DNA of 56,569 nucleotides, from the IMG/VR virus record IMGVR_UViG_3300031951_000040, one strand, 5' to 3'. The position numbers were made by a program, and so were the translations under genes. Origin of the DNA: an uncultured virus (IMG/VR IMGVR_UViG_3300031951_000040) (taxonomy: Duplodnaviria > Heunggongvirae > Uroviricota > Caudoviricetes). This document shows, one piece after another, positions 47,810 through 56,569 of this stretch (positions are counted from its first letter, which is position 1; the number at the start of each line of letters is the position of its first letter). The notes beneath the pieces are model-generated. The model was not told the origin of the DNA. It saw only the letters and a program-made list of their open reading frames with translations, and searched no databases.

Positions 47810-47817
47810 TATAAATA
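47810..47817 (-). promoter_or_regulatory. TATTTATA motif (putative late promoter)
   Basis: 16 nt upstream of ATG 47793; equivalents at 40987-40994, 44297-44304 and 45191-45198. Confidence 0.55.
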
Positions 47818-47837
47818 CTTAAATCATTATTTTATCA

Positions 47838-50800
47838 TTAACATGCTTCTCCACAAAATGTGTTACAATAATCACCACAACCAGTACCGTATGTATATTG
47901 CGAAGTATATATTGGTGGTACGAAGTTTCCTCTAAACAATATAAACACATTTGTCACTCTCATAAGACAAACGCTATAATTACCAGGGGCGTTATAACCT
48001 TGTGTTGTGAATGTACCATCACAACATTGGTATGCAAAGTATACTTGATTATCATCTGAGGCTGTTAAATCATTAATATCAACAAAAAAGTCTGTACACA
48101 AACAATCACCACAAGCACCATCATACGTTATCTCCCCACCATAAGGACCTAATACACTTGGAATACTACATGAACATATCTCAATTGTACCACTTGCTGG
48201 GTACACATTTGGGTCAAGTATTTCTGTGGGTGTTCCTCCACCGCAACAAGTGGTATAGTTAACTATATTACCAGGTCCTAATCCTGTAATAATATATGAC
48301 TCACAAACACATGGTGGAGTTGGGGTTGGGGTCGGAGTTGGAGTTGGGGTTGGGGTTGATGACGGATTTGAAACCGGAGATGGTGTTGGAGTGTTTGTTG
48401 GAGTGTTTGTTGGAGTTACAGTCTTGGTTGGTGTATTTGTAGGAGTATTGGTTGGTGTTAAAGTTGGAGTAACTGTCCTTGTTGGAGTATTTGTAGGGGT
48501 AAAGGTTGGAGTTACAGTCTTGGTTGGAGTATTTGTAGGGGTAAAGGTTGGAGTTACAGTCTTGGTTGGTGTATTTGTAGGGGTAAAGGTTGGAGTTACA
48601 GTCTTGGTTGGTGTATTTGTAGGAGTATTGGTTGGTGTTAAAGTTGGAGTAACTGTCCTTGTTGGTGTATTTGTCGGTGTTTTTGTTGGGGTTAAAGTTG
48701 GTGTAACTGTTGGTGTAACTGTTGGGGTTGGTGAAGGACAAGGGTGATAAGTTTCACATTCAGTACATGTATTGTATGTACCATACGCAGTGATTGCGGA
48801 ACCAGGTACTCCTGGTCCGACTGAGTTTGTAACAAAATAACAACAACCATTAATTGATATATAACGGTTTACTAAAAGATTTGGGTTAAATCCATTTTGA
48901 CAACCAAATTGAATTGTATATTGTCCTGTTGTACCACAACATCCACATCTTTGTAAATCGAAAATCCAAGTGGCGCATGGGTTAGCTCCAATACATGTTT
49001 CACATGTATCAACACTAAATGATGATGGTGGATAATACCCGTCAACCCCACTAAAGTTTGGTGGTGAGTAGGTTTGACTATAACCTTCAACAAAATAACA
49101 ACATCCATTTATAACAATAGTTTGACCTTGTGAAATACCGCTTTGAACATAGGTCAAATTAGTTGTTATACTTAAATAAGAAATAGTATTACCTAAAATA
49201 CCACCATCACAACATGGTAATAAATAAACATAACCAACCTGTAAGGATGGTGATGGTGTTACTGTGCTTGTTGGTGTTAATGTAGGAGTTAAAGTTGGTG
49301 TAACTGTTTTTGTTGGTGTATTGGTAGGGGTTACGGATGGTGTTCTCGTAGGAGTAACACTATTGGTTGGGGTGTTAGTCGGGGTTAAAGTTGGTGTAAC
49401 TGTTCTTGTTGGTGTATTGGTAGGGGTTACCGTAGGGCTAACAGTGGCGGCTGGAGTTCTTGTTGGAGTAACAGTATTTGTTGGGGTATTGGTTGGTGTG
49501 AGAGTTGGTGTAACTGTTCTTGTTGGTGTATTGGTAGGGGTTACCGTATTCGTAGGTGTAACAGTTCTGGTTGGTGTTGGTGTCGGGGTTGGTGATGGAC
49601 AAAAATTTAGAGTTTCTCCTAAACATTGTGCACAACTTGTCTGAACAGTAGTGTAAATCGTACCTCCAGGTCCTACCTGTTGCACATACGTTGCACATAA
49701 CTGAATGTCTTGTAAATAAAATACCGTACCTAACAATGTACCTAATGGTACTTGACCATAATAAACATTGGTGTCACCAGGACAACATGATTCAAATCTA
49801 GCAGCAACATACTGAGGACTAGCCGTTGGGGTTACTGTTTTGGTTGGTGTCAATGTTGGTGTAACAGTATTTGTTGGAGTGTTAGTTGGTGTTACGGTTG
49901 GACTAACTGTGGCAGCCGGTGTTCTTGTTGGTGTAACAGTATTTGTTGGGGTATTTGTTGGAGTTACCGTAGGACTAACAGTGGCTGCTGGAGTTCTTGT
50001 TGGGGTATTGGTTGGGGTAACAGTATTTGTGGGGGTTACTGTGTTCGTTGGGGTATTGGTAGGTGTATTTGTTGGTGTTAATGTTGGACTAACAGTAGCC
50101 GCTGGTGTTCTTGTTGGTGTAACAGTATTTGTTGGGGTATTTGTTGGAGTTACCGTATTTGTTGGAGTATTAGTTGGGGTGTTAGTTGGTGTTACAGTGT
50201 TGGTTGGTGTATTAGTTGGAGTTAAAGTTGGTGTAACTGTTCTTGTTGGTGTATTGGTAGGTGTAACTGTATTCGTAGGGGTGACTGTATTAGTTGGAGT
50301 GTTGGTTGGAGTATTAGTTGGAGTTAAGGTTGGACTAACAGTGGCAGCTGGTGTTCTTGTCGGGGTTACGGTATTAGTAGGGGTATTGGTTGGAGTTACC
50401 GTATTTGTTGGAGTATTAGTTGGGGTGTTGGTTGGAGTAACAGTGTTGGTTGGGGTGTTAGTAGGGGTGTTGGTCGGTGTAACTGTATTTGTTGGAGTAA
50501 CAGTATTAGTAGGTGTGTTTGTTGGTGTGTTAGTCGGTGTTAATGTTGGACTAACAGTAGCCGCTGGTGTTCTCGTAGGAGTTACAGTATTGGTAGGAGT
50601 ATTGGTAGGAGTAACGGTGTTTGTTGGGGTGTTTGTAGGAGTATTGGTTGGTGTTACAGTATTGGTTGGAGTATTGGTTGGTGTAAAAGTTGGTGTAACA
50701 GTTTTTGTTGGTGTATTAGTAGGAGTATTGGTCGGTGTGACAGTGTTGGTTGGTGTTACTGTATTTGTTGGAGTATTGGTTGGGGTATTGGTTGGTGTAA

Positions 50801-53800
50801 GGGTAGGACTAACAGTGGCTGCCGGAGTTCTTGTTGGAGTAACAGTATTGGTTGGGGTATTGGTTGGTGTAACAGTATTAGTCGGCGTATTGGTTGGAGT
50901 ATTTGTTGGTGTGACTGTATTCGTTGGAGTGTTAGTAGGTGTAAAAGTTGGTGTGACGGTTCTTGTTGGTGTATTGGTTGGTGTAACGGTATTGGTTGGG
51001 GTGTTTGTGGGTGTAAGGGTAGGACTAACAGTGGCGGCCGGAGTTCTTGTTGGAGTCACTGTATTGGTCGGTGTGTTGGTGGGTGTGACTGTGTTAGTAG
51101 GTGTATTTGTAGGTGTATTAGTTGGTGTGACTGTATTTGTTGGAGTGTTTGTTGGGGTGTTTGTGGGTGTAACAGTATTAGTAGGAGTATTGGTTGGTGT
51201 TACAGTTTTGGTTGGAGTGTTAGTAGGTGTAACAGTATTAGTAGGTGTATTGGTAGGTGTATTGGTTGGTGTAACAGTATTCGTAGGAGTATTTGTTGGA
51301 GTATTTGTTGGACTAACAGTAGCTGCTGGTGTTCTTGTTGGTGTAACAGTATTAGTAGGAGTATTTGTTGGTGTAACAGTATTGGTTGGAGTATTAGTAG
51401 GTGTATTGGTTGGTGTAACGGTATTGGTTGGGGTGTTTGTGGGTGTGTTAGTCGGAGTTACTGTATTGGTTGGTGTGAACGTAGGTGTAACCGTTTTAGT
51501 TGGTGTGTTGGTTGGTGTAACAGTATTAGTAGGTGTATTGGTAGGTGTATTGGTTGGTGTAACAGTATTCGTAGGAGTATTTGTTGGAGTATTTGTTGGA
51601 CTAACAGTAGCTGCTGGTGTTCTTGTTGGGGTTACGGTATTAGTTGGGGTTACAGTGTTAGTCGGAGTGTTAGTTGGTGTATTCGTTGGTGTAACGGTAT
51701 TTGTTGGGGTGTTAGTTGGTGTATTTGTTGGTGTTACTGTATTGGTAGGAGTATTTGTAGGACTCAATGTAGGTGTAACTGTATTGGTCGGTGTTAAAGT
51801 TGGTGTAACTGTCTTTGTTGGTGTATTAGTAGGTGTCTGAGTTGGTGTAACTGTATTAGTCGGAGTATTAGTAGGCGTAACAGTGTTTGTTGGAGTATTG
51901 GTTGGGGTATTTGTAGGAGTTACCGTATTGGTTGGGGTGTTTGTAGGAGTATTGGTAGGGGTGACAGTCTTGGTTGGAGTATTTGTGGGGGTAACAGTAT
52001 TTGTTGGGGTAACCGTATTAGTTGGTGTGTTGGTTGGAGTATTTGTTGGGGTTAGAGTTGGTGTAACAGTTTTTGTTGGTGTATTAGTTGGAGTAACGGT
52101 ATTTGTTGGGGTATTGGTTGGGGTATTTGTAGGAGTTACCGTATTAGTCGGGGTATTAGTAGGCGTAACAGTGTTTGTTGGAGTATTGGTTGGGGTGTTT
52201 GTAGGAGTTAAGGTAGGTGTAACAGTCTTGGTTGGGGTGTTGGTTGGTGTAACTGTATTAGTAGGTGTGTTAGTTGGTGTAACTGTATTAGTAGGTGTAT
52301 TTGTTGGAGTATTTGTTGGGGTAACAGTATTCGTAGGAGTATTGGTCGGTGTTAATGTAGGAGTAACAGTTCTTGTTGGAGTATTTGTTGGGGTAACAGT
52401 ATTCGTAGGAGTATTAGTAGGTGTTAATGTAGGTGTAACAGTCTTGGTCGGAGTGTTTGTAGGAGTATTTGTTGGTGTAACAGTGTTTGTTGGTGTTACC
52501 GTGTTTGTAGGAGTATTGGTAGGAGTGTTCGTTGGAGTATTGGTTGGTGTTAATGTAGGTGTAACAGTATTAGTAGGTGTTAATGTAGGTGTAACAGTCT
52601 TGGTTGGGGTGTTTGTAGGAGTATTTGTTGGTGTAACGGTGTTCGTAGGGGTAACTGTAGGACTCAATGTAGGGGTTACAGTATTGGTCGGAGTATTAGT
52701 AGGTGTTAATGTAGGTGTAACAGTCTTGGTTGGTGTATTGGTTGGGGTAACCGTGTTAGTTGGTGTGTTGGTGGGTGTTACTGTATTAGTAGGAGTAACT
52801 GTAGGACTCAATGTAGGAGTTACAGTCTTGGTTGGTGTATTAGTGGGTGTGTTTGTTGGTGTAACAGTATTGGTTGGGGTAACCGTGTTAGTTGGTGTGT
52901 TGGTTGGAGTATTTGTTGGGGTATTGGTTGGGGTGACTGTCTTAGTCGGTGTATTAGTTGGGGTTACTGTATTTGTTGGTGTAACCGTATTTGTTGGTGT
53001 ATTTGTGGGTGTATTGGTTGGAGTTAAAGTTGGTGTTACAGTTTTTGTTGGTGTGTTGGTCGGTGTAACTGTATTTGTTGGTGTATTTGTGGGTGTATTG
53101 GTCGGTGTAACTGTATTTGTTGGAGTATTTGTTGGGGTGTTAGTGGGTGTAACAGTATTAGTAGGAGTATTTGTGGGCGTATTGGTCGGTGTAACTGTAT
53201 TTGTCGGAGTATTGGTTGGGGTATTTGTTGGTGTAACGGTGTTCGTAGGGGTAACTGTAGGACTCAATGTAGGGGTTACAGTGTTTGTAGGAGTGTTTGT
53301 GGGAGTGTTGGTTGGGGTAACTGTATTAGTAGGAGTAACTGTAGGGGTGACAGTTTTAGTAGGTGTATTAGTTGGAGTATTGGTAGGGGTTACAGTATTA
53401 GTAGGGGTATTTGTAGGAGTTAATGTAGGAGTTACAGTCTTGGTTGGGGTATTTGTTGGTGTAACGGTGTTCGTAGGGGTAACTGTAGGACTCAATGTGG
53501 GAGTCACCGTATTGGTCGGAGTATTGGTGGGGGTTACTGTATTAGTAGGAGTATTAGTAGGAGTATTGGTTGGGGTTACCGTGTTGGTCGGAGTTAAAGT
53601 TGGTGTAACAGTTTTTGTTGGTGTATTGGTTGGAGTTACAGTGTTCGTAGGGGTATTTGTTGGTGTTAGAGTTGGTGTAACAGTTTTTGTTGGTGTATTA
53701 GTAGGAGTTACGGTGTTAGTTGGAGTGTTGGTAGGTGTGTTAGTTGGTGTTACAGTGTTGGTTGGTGTATTAGTAGGTGTCTGAGTTGGTGTAACTGTCT

Positions 53801-56567
53801 TGGTTGGGGTATTAGTTGGCGTTACAGTATTGGTTGGGGTTACCGTATTTGTAGGAGTTACGGTATTGGTTGGAGTAACAGTATTAGTCGGCGTTACTGT
53901 GTTAGTTGGGGTGTTAGTGGGGGTAACAGTATTAGTAGGAGTAACGGAATTCGTGGGAGTGTTTGTAGGAGTGTTTGTTGGTGTTAATGTAGGTGTTACG
54001 GTTTTTGTTGGTGTATTGGTTGGGGTTACTGTATTTGTAGGAGTATTTGTAGGAGTTAAGGTAGGTGTAACAGTATTGGTTGGGGTATTGGTAGGTGTGT
54101 TGGTCGGGGTGACTGTGTTAGTTGGTGTAACTGTATTAGTTGGTGTATTCGTAGGGGTTTGAGTTGGTGTAACAGTATTGGTTGGGGTATTTGTTGGAGT
54201 TAAAGTTGGTGTGACAGTTTTTGTTGGTGTATTGGTAGGAGTTACGGTATTTGTAGGAGTATTAGTCGGTGTCTGAGTTGGTGTTACGGTGTTTGTTGGA
54301 GTATTGGTTGGAGTTAATGTAGGTGTTACAGTCTTGGTTGGTGTATTAGTTGGTGTTACAGTATTAGTAGGTGTAACAGTATTAGTAGGTGTAACAGTGT
54401 TTGTAGGTGTAACGGTATTGGTGGGAGTCACCGTATTAGTTGGTGTGTTAGTTGGGGTTACGGTGTTGGTTGGAGTAACGGTATTTGTTGGGGTGTTTGT
54501 AGGAGTGTTTGTTGGTGTTAATGTAGGTGTTACGGTTTTTGTTGGTGTATTGGTTGGTGTAACAGTATTTGTTGGTGTGTTGGTGGGTGTGTTGGTGGGT
54601 GTTACAGTATTAGTTGGGGTATTAGTAGGACTCAATGTTGGGGTAACAGTATTCGTTGGTGTTACAGTATTGGTTGGAGTGTTTGTTGGGGTATTTGTTG
54701 GGGTTACGGTATTAGTAGGGGTATTGGTTGGAGTTAATGTAGGAGTAACAGTCTTGGTTGGTGTATTAGTTGGCGTAACAGTGTTTGTTGGGGTGTTAGT
54801 TGGGGTATTTGTAGGGGTTACCGTATTGGTCGGAGTGTTGGTTGGTGTTAATGTAGGAGTAACAGTCTTGGTTGGAGTGTTTGTTGGGGTAACAGTATTG
54901 GTTGGAGTCACTGTATTAGTTGGTGTGTTGGTCGGTGTATTTGTTGGGGTTAAAGTTGGTGTGACAGTTTTTGTTGGTGTATTGGTTGGGGTTACTGTGT
55001 TAGTAGGAGTGTTTGTAGGTGTATTAGTAGGGGTATTAGTATTAGTCGGGGTATTGGTCGGTGTAACTGTATTCGTTGGAGTAACGGTAGGAGTTAATGT
55101 AGGAGTAACAGTCTTGGTTGGTGTATTAGTAGGTGTGTTAGTAGGGGTTACCGTATTGGTTGGGGTGTTAGTCGGGGTAACTGTGTTAGTTGGTGTGTTA
55201 GTTGGTGTGTTGGTCGGAGTTACCGTATTTGTTGGAGTATTTGTAGGGGTTAAGGTAGGCGTAACAGTTCTTGTTGGAGTATTGGTCGGTGTAACTGTAT
55301 TCGTTGGAGTTACAGTGTTAGTGGGGGTTACGGTATTGGTCGGCGTTACAGTGTTAGTCGGTGTTACCGTATTAGTTGGAGTATTTGTTGGCGTAACAGT
55401 GTTTGTTGGAGTTACAGTGTTTGTGGGGGTATTGGTTGGAGTATTGGTGGGAGTCTGAGTTGGGGTGACTGTCTTAGTTGGGGTATTGGTCGGGGTAACT
55501 GTGTTGGTTGGAGTAACGGTATTTGTTGGGGTATTGGTCGGGGTATTGGTTGGAGTTAAAGTTGGCGTAACAGTGTTTGTTGGTGTATTGGTAGGTGTTA
55601 CAGTATTAGTTGGGGTATTGGTTGGAGTTAAAGTTGGTGTAACAGTTTTTGTTGGTGTATTAGTTGGCGTTACAGTATTAGTTGGTGTGTTAGTTGGTGT
55701 GTTTGTTGGGGTTACCGTATTGGTCGGAGTTACCGTAGGACTCAATGTAGGAGTTACAGTATTAGTTGGTGTGTTGGTTGGTGTGACTGTATTCGTTGGA
55801 GTGTTAGTAGGTGTCTGAGTTGGGGTAACAGTATTTGTTGGAGTATTGGTAGGAGTATTGGTAGGGGTTACAGTATTGGTAGGAGTATTGGTAGGGGTTA
55901 CAGTATTGGTAGGAGTATTCGTTGGGGTTAGAGTTGGTGTAACAGTTTTGGTAGGAGTATTAGTAGGGGTTACAGTATTTGTAGGAGTTACCGTAGGACT
56001 CAATGTGGGAGTCACCGTATTAGTTGGTGTATTGGTTGGGGTTACGGTGTTGGTTGGAGTGTTTGTAGGTGTATTAGTTGGAGTAACAGTATTTGTAGGT
56101 GTATTAGTCGGGGTATTGGTTGGTGTTACGGTGTTGGTTGGGGTTAAAGTTGGTGTGACAGTTTTTGTTGGTGTATTGGTTGGCGTAACAGTGTTTGTCG
56201 GAGTATTAGTTGGGGTGTTGGTTGGTGTATTAGTTGGAGTTACAGTGTTGGTTGGAGTGTTAGTTGGTGTTACGGTATTGGTTGGGGTTACTGTGTTTGT
56301 AGGAGTATTGGTCGGTGTATTCGTTGGGGTTAGAGTTGGTGTAACAGTTTTGGTAGGAGTATTAGTAGGAGTTATAGTATTCGTTGGTGTGTTGGTCGGT
56401 GTAACAGTATTAGTTGGGGTGTTGGTTGGGGTGTTGGTTGGAGTAACAGTATTAGTTGGAGTATTAGTTGGGGTGTTGGTTGGAGTAACAGTGTTTGTTG
56501 GGGTTACCGTAGGGCTCAATGTGGGAGTTACAGTTTTAGTAGGGGTGTTTGTTGGAGTTACGGTGTT
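47838..56567 (-). CDS. Giant mucin-like Thr/Pro/Asn/Val repeat protein (>2,900 aa, 5' end beyond the window)
   Basis: Frame is open to the window edge (the TTG at 56519 is an internal Leu of LSPT); C-terminal Cys-rich modules. Confidence 0.92.
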   Translation of the reverse strand, partial: NTVTPTNTPTKTVTPTLSPTVTPTNTVTPTNTPTNTPTNTVTPTNTPTNTPTNTVTPTNTPTNTITPTNTPTKTVTPTLTPTNTPTNTPTNTVTPTNTVTPTNTPTNTVTPTNTPTNTPTNTPTNTVTPTNTPTKTVTPTLTPTNTVTPTNTPTNTPTNTVTPTNTPTNTPTNTVTPTNTPTNTVTPTLSPTVTPTNTVTPTNTPTKTVTPTLTPTNTPTNTVTPTNTPTNTVTPTNTPTNTPTNTVTPTQTPTNTPTNTVTPTNTPTNTVTPTLSPTVTPTNTVTPTNTPTNTPTNTVTPTNTPTKTVTPTLTPTNTPTNTVTPTNTPTNTVTPTLTPTNTPTNTPTNTVTPTNTVTPTNTPTKTVTPTQTPTNTPTNTPTNTVTPTNTVTPTNTPTNTVTPTNTVTPTNTVTPTNTVTPTNTVTPTNTPTRTVTPTLTPTNTPTNTVTPTNTPTNTPTNTVTPTNTPTNTVTPTNTPTNTPTKTVTPTLTPTVTPTNTVTPTNTPTNTNTPTNTPTNTPTNTVTPTNTPTKTVTPTLTPTNTPTNTPTNTVTPTNTVTPTNTPTKTVTPTLTPTNTPTNTVTPTNTPTNTPTNTVTPTNTPTKTVTPTLTPTNTPTNTVTPTNTPTNTPTNTVTPTNTVTPTLSPTNTPTNTVTPTNTPTNTPTNTVTPTNTPTKTVTPTLTPTNTPTNTPTNTVTPTNTVTPTNTPTNTVTPTNTVTPTNTVTPTNTVTPTNTVTPTNTPTKTVTPTLTPTNTPTNTVTPTQTPTNTPTNTVTPTNTPTKTVTPTLTPTNTPTNTVTPTQTPTNTPTNTVTPTNTVTPTNTPTNTPTNTVTPTLTPTNTPTNTVTPTNTPTKTVTPTLTPTNTPTNTPTNSVTPTNTVTPTNTPTNTVTPTNTVTPTNTVTPTNTVTPTNTVTPTNTPTKTVTPTQTPTNTPTNTVTPTNTPTNTPTNTVTPTNTPTKTVTPTLTPTNTPTNTVTPTNTPTKTVTPTLTPTNTVTPTNTPTNTPTNTVTPTNTPTNTVTPTLSPTVTPTNTVTPTNTPTKTVTPTLTPTNTPTNTVTPTNTPTNTPTKTVTPTVTPTNTVTPTNTPTNTPTNTVTPTLSPTVTPTNTVTPTNTPTNTPTNTVTPTNTPTNTPTNTVTPTNTPTNTPTNTVTPTNTPTNTPTNTVTPTNTPTKTVTPTLTPTNTPTNTPTNTVTPTNTVTPTNTPTKTVTPTNTPTNTPTNTPTNTVTPTNTVTPTNTPTNTPTKTVTPTLSPTVTPTNTVTPTNTPTNTVTPTNTPTKTVTPTLTPTNTPTNTVTPTLSPTVTPTNTVTPTNTPTNTPTKTVTPTLTPTNTVTPTLTPTNTPTNTPTNTPTNTVTPTNTVTPTNTPTNTPTKTVTPTLTPTNTPTNTVTPTNTPTRTVTPTLTPTNTPTNTVTPTNTPTNTPTNTVTPTNTPTNTVTPTNTPTKTVTPTLTPTNTPTNTPTNTVTPTNTPTNTVTPTNTPTNTPTNTVTPTNTPTKTVTPTLTPTNTPTNTPTNTVTPTNTVTPTNTPTKTVTPTNTPTNTPTNTVTPTNTPTNTPTNTVTPTNTPTNTVTPTQTPTNTPTKTVTPTLTPTNTVTPTLSPTNTPTNTVTPTNTPTNTPTNTVTPTNTPTNTPTNTVTPTNTVTPTRTPAATVSPTNTPTNTPTNTVTPTNTPTNTPTNTVTPTNTPTKTVTPTFTPTNTVTPTNTPTNTPTNTVTPTNTPTNTPTNTVTPTNTPTNTVTPTRTPAATVSPTNTPTNTPTNTVTPTNTPTNTPTNTVTPTNTPTKTVTPTNTPTNTVTPTNTPTNTPTNTVTPTNTPTNTPTNTVTPTNTPTNTVTPTRTPAATVSPTLTPTNTPTNTVTPTNTPTRTVTPTFTPTNTPTNTVTPTNTPTNTPTNTVTPTNTPTNTVTPTRTPAATVSPTLTPTNTPTNTPTNTVTPTNTVTPTNTPTNTPTKTVTPTFTPTNTPTNTVTPTNTPTNTPTNTVTPTNTPTNTVTPTRTPAATVSPTLTPTNTPTNTPTNTVTPTNTVTPTNTPTNTPTNTVTPTNTPTNTPTNTVTPTNTPTNTVTPTRTPAATVSPTLTPTNTPTNTPTNTVTPTNTVTPTNTPTRTVTPTLTPTNTPTNTVTPTNTPTNTPTNTVTPTNTPTNTVTPTRTPAATVSPTLTPTNTPTNTPTNTVTPTNTVTPTNTPTRTPAATVSPTVTPTNTPTNTVTPTRTPAATVSPTVTPTNTPTNTVTPTLTPTKTVTPTASPQYVAARFESCCPGDTNVYYGQVPLGTLLGTVFYLQDIQLCATYVQQVGPGGTIYTTVQTSCAQCLGETLNFCPSPTPTPTPTRTVTPTNTVTPTNTPTRTVTPTLTPTNTPTNTVTPTRTPAATVSPTVTPTNTPTRTVTPTLTPTNTPTNSVTPTRTPSVTPTNTPTKTVTPTLTPTLTPTSTVTPSPSLQVGYVYLLPCCDGGILGNTISYLSITTNLTYVQSGISQGQTIVINGCCYFVEGYSQTYSPPNFSGVDGYYPPSSFSVDTCETCIGANPCATWIFDLQRCGCCGTTGQYTIQFGCQNGFNPNLLVNRYISINGCCYFVTNSVGPGVPGSAITAYGTYNTCTECETYHPCPSPTPTVTPTVTPTLTPTKTPTNTPTRTVTPTLTPTNTPTNTPTKTVTPTFTPTNTPTKTVTPTFTPTNTPTKTVTPTFTPTNTPTRTVTPTLTPTNTPTNTPTKTVTPTNTPTNTPTPSPVSNPSSTPTPTPTPTPTPTPPCVCESYIITGLGPGNIVNYTTCCGGGTPTEILDPNVYPASGTIEICSCSIPSVLGPYGGEITYDGACGDCLCTDFFVDINDLTASDDNQVYFAYQCCDGTFTTQGYNAPGNYSVCLMRVTNVFILFRGNFVPPIYTSQYTYGTGCGDYCNTFCGEAC

Positions 56568-56569
56568 GG
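49820..56569 (-). repeat. Low-complexity coding repeat (TPTN / TVTPTN / TKTVTPTL / [10 protein letters not shown])
   Basis: 6-nt periodicity (ACN at every second codon) with scrambled third positions. Confidence 0.95.

Noticed and set aside
41016..49820. Diversity-generating retroelement acting on the fibre genes
   Set aside because: No reverse transcriptase in the window and no template/variable repeat pair differing at adenines was seen.
48391..55818. Long plus-strand Val/Gly-rich ORFs (VGVTVLVG...)
   Set aside because: Antisense shadows of the Thr/Pro repeat, which rarely generates stops on the opposite strand; no unique domains or start context.
56517..56519. Start codon of the giant ORF as given by the track
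   Set aside because: It is a TTG Leu within an LSPT repeat; the frame stays open to the window edge.
49820..56569. Possible CRISPR array, telomere-like or satellite repeat
   Set aside because: No constant repeat with unique spacers; variation is concentrated at third codon positions of one open frame, so it is coding.
1..56569. Stop-codon reassignment as seen in some large phages
   Set aside because: Genes are full length in code 11; TAG (20184) and TGA (3947, ATGA overlap) end genes directly next to the following start.

Overview
AT-rich, gene-dense segment that reads as a large (jumbo-type) tailed dsDNA phage genome in the standard genetic code. A Bacteroidota/Flavobacteria-like host is inferred from the GSII, ClpP, RpoD-like sigma, Hc1-like and DUF2452-like genes and from AT-rich leaders. 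Layout: (1) 1-5.8 kb, mostly minus strand, metabolic genes: thyA (truncated), HAD phosphatase, acyl-CoA thioesterase, glutamine synthetase II, DNA methyltransferase. (2) 6.4-18.5 kb, a 15-gene plus-strand glycan-building island (glycosyltransferases, UDP-GlcNAc 2-epimerase, two FkbM methyltransferases, GDP-mannose 3,5-epimerase-like) closed by a bidirectional terminator. (3) 18.5-31.6 kb, redoxins, AAA ATPase, Dam, acidic putative head proteins, a degenerate amidase, membrane/lysis-like genes, sigma-70 and ClpP. (4) 31.6-38.8 kb, recombination/replication genes: SbcC, SbcD, PD-(D/E)XK nuclease, primase, RuvC. (5) 38.8 kb to the end, putative virion proteins including four Thr/Pro mucin-like proteins with Cys-rich modules; the last is >2,900 aa of nearly strict T-x-T-x repeat and runs off the window. 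Main hypothesis: a phage-encoded mucin-like glycosylated virion coat. Also seen: two promoter classes (sigma70-like and TATTTAT), likely leaderless mRNAs, and a candidate -1 frameshift at an A10 run. All family assignments come from motif recognition by eye, not database searches.
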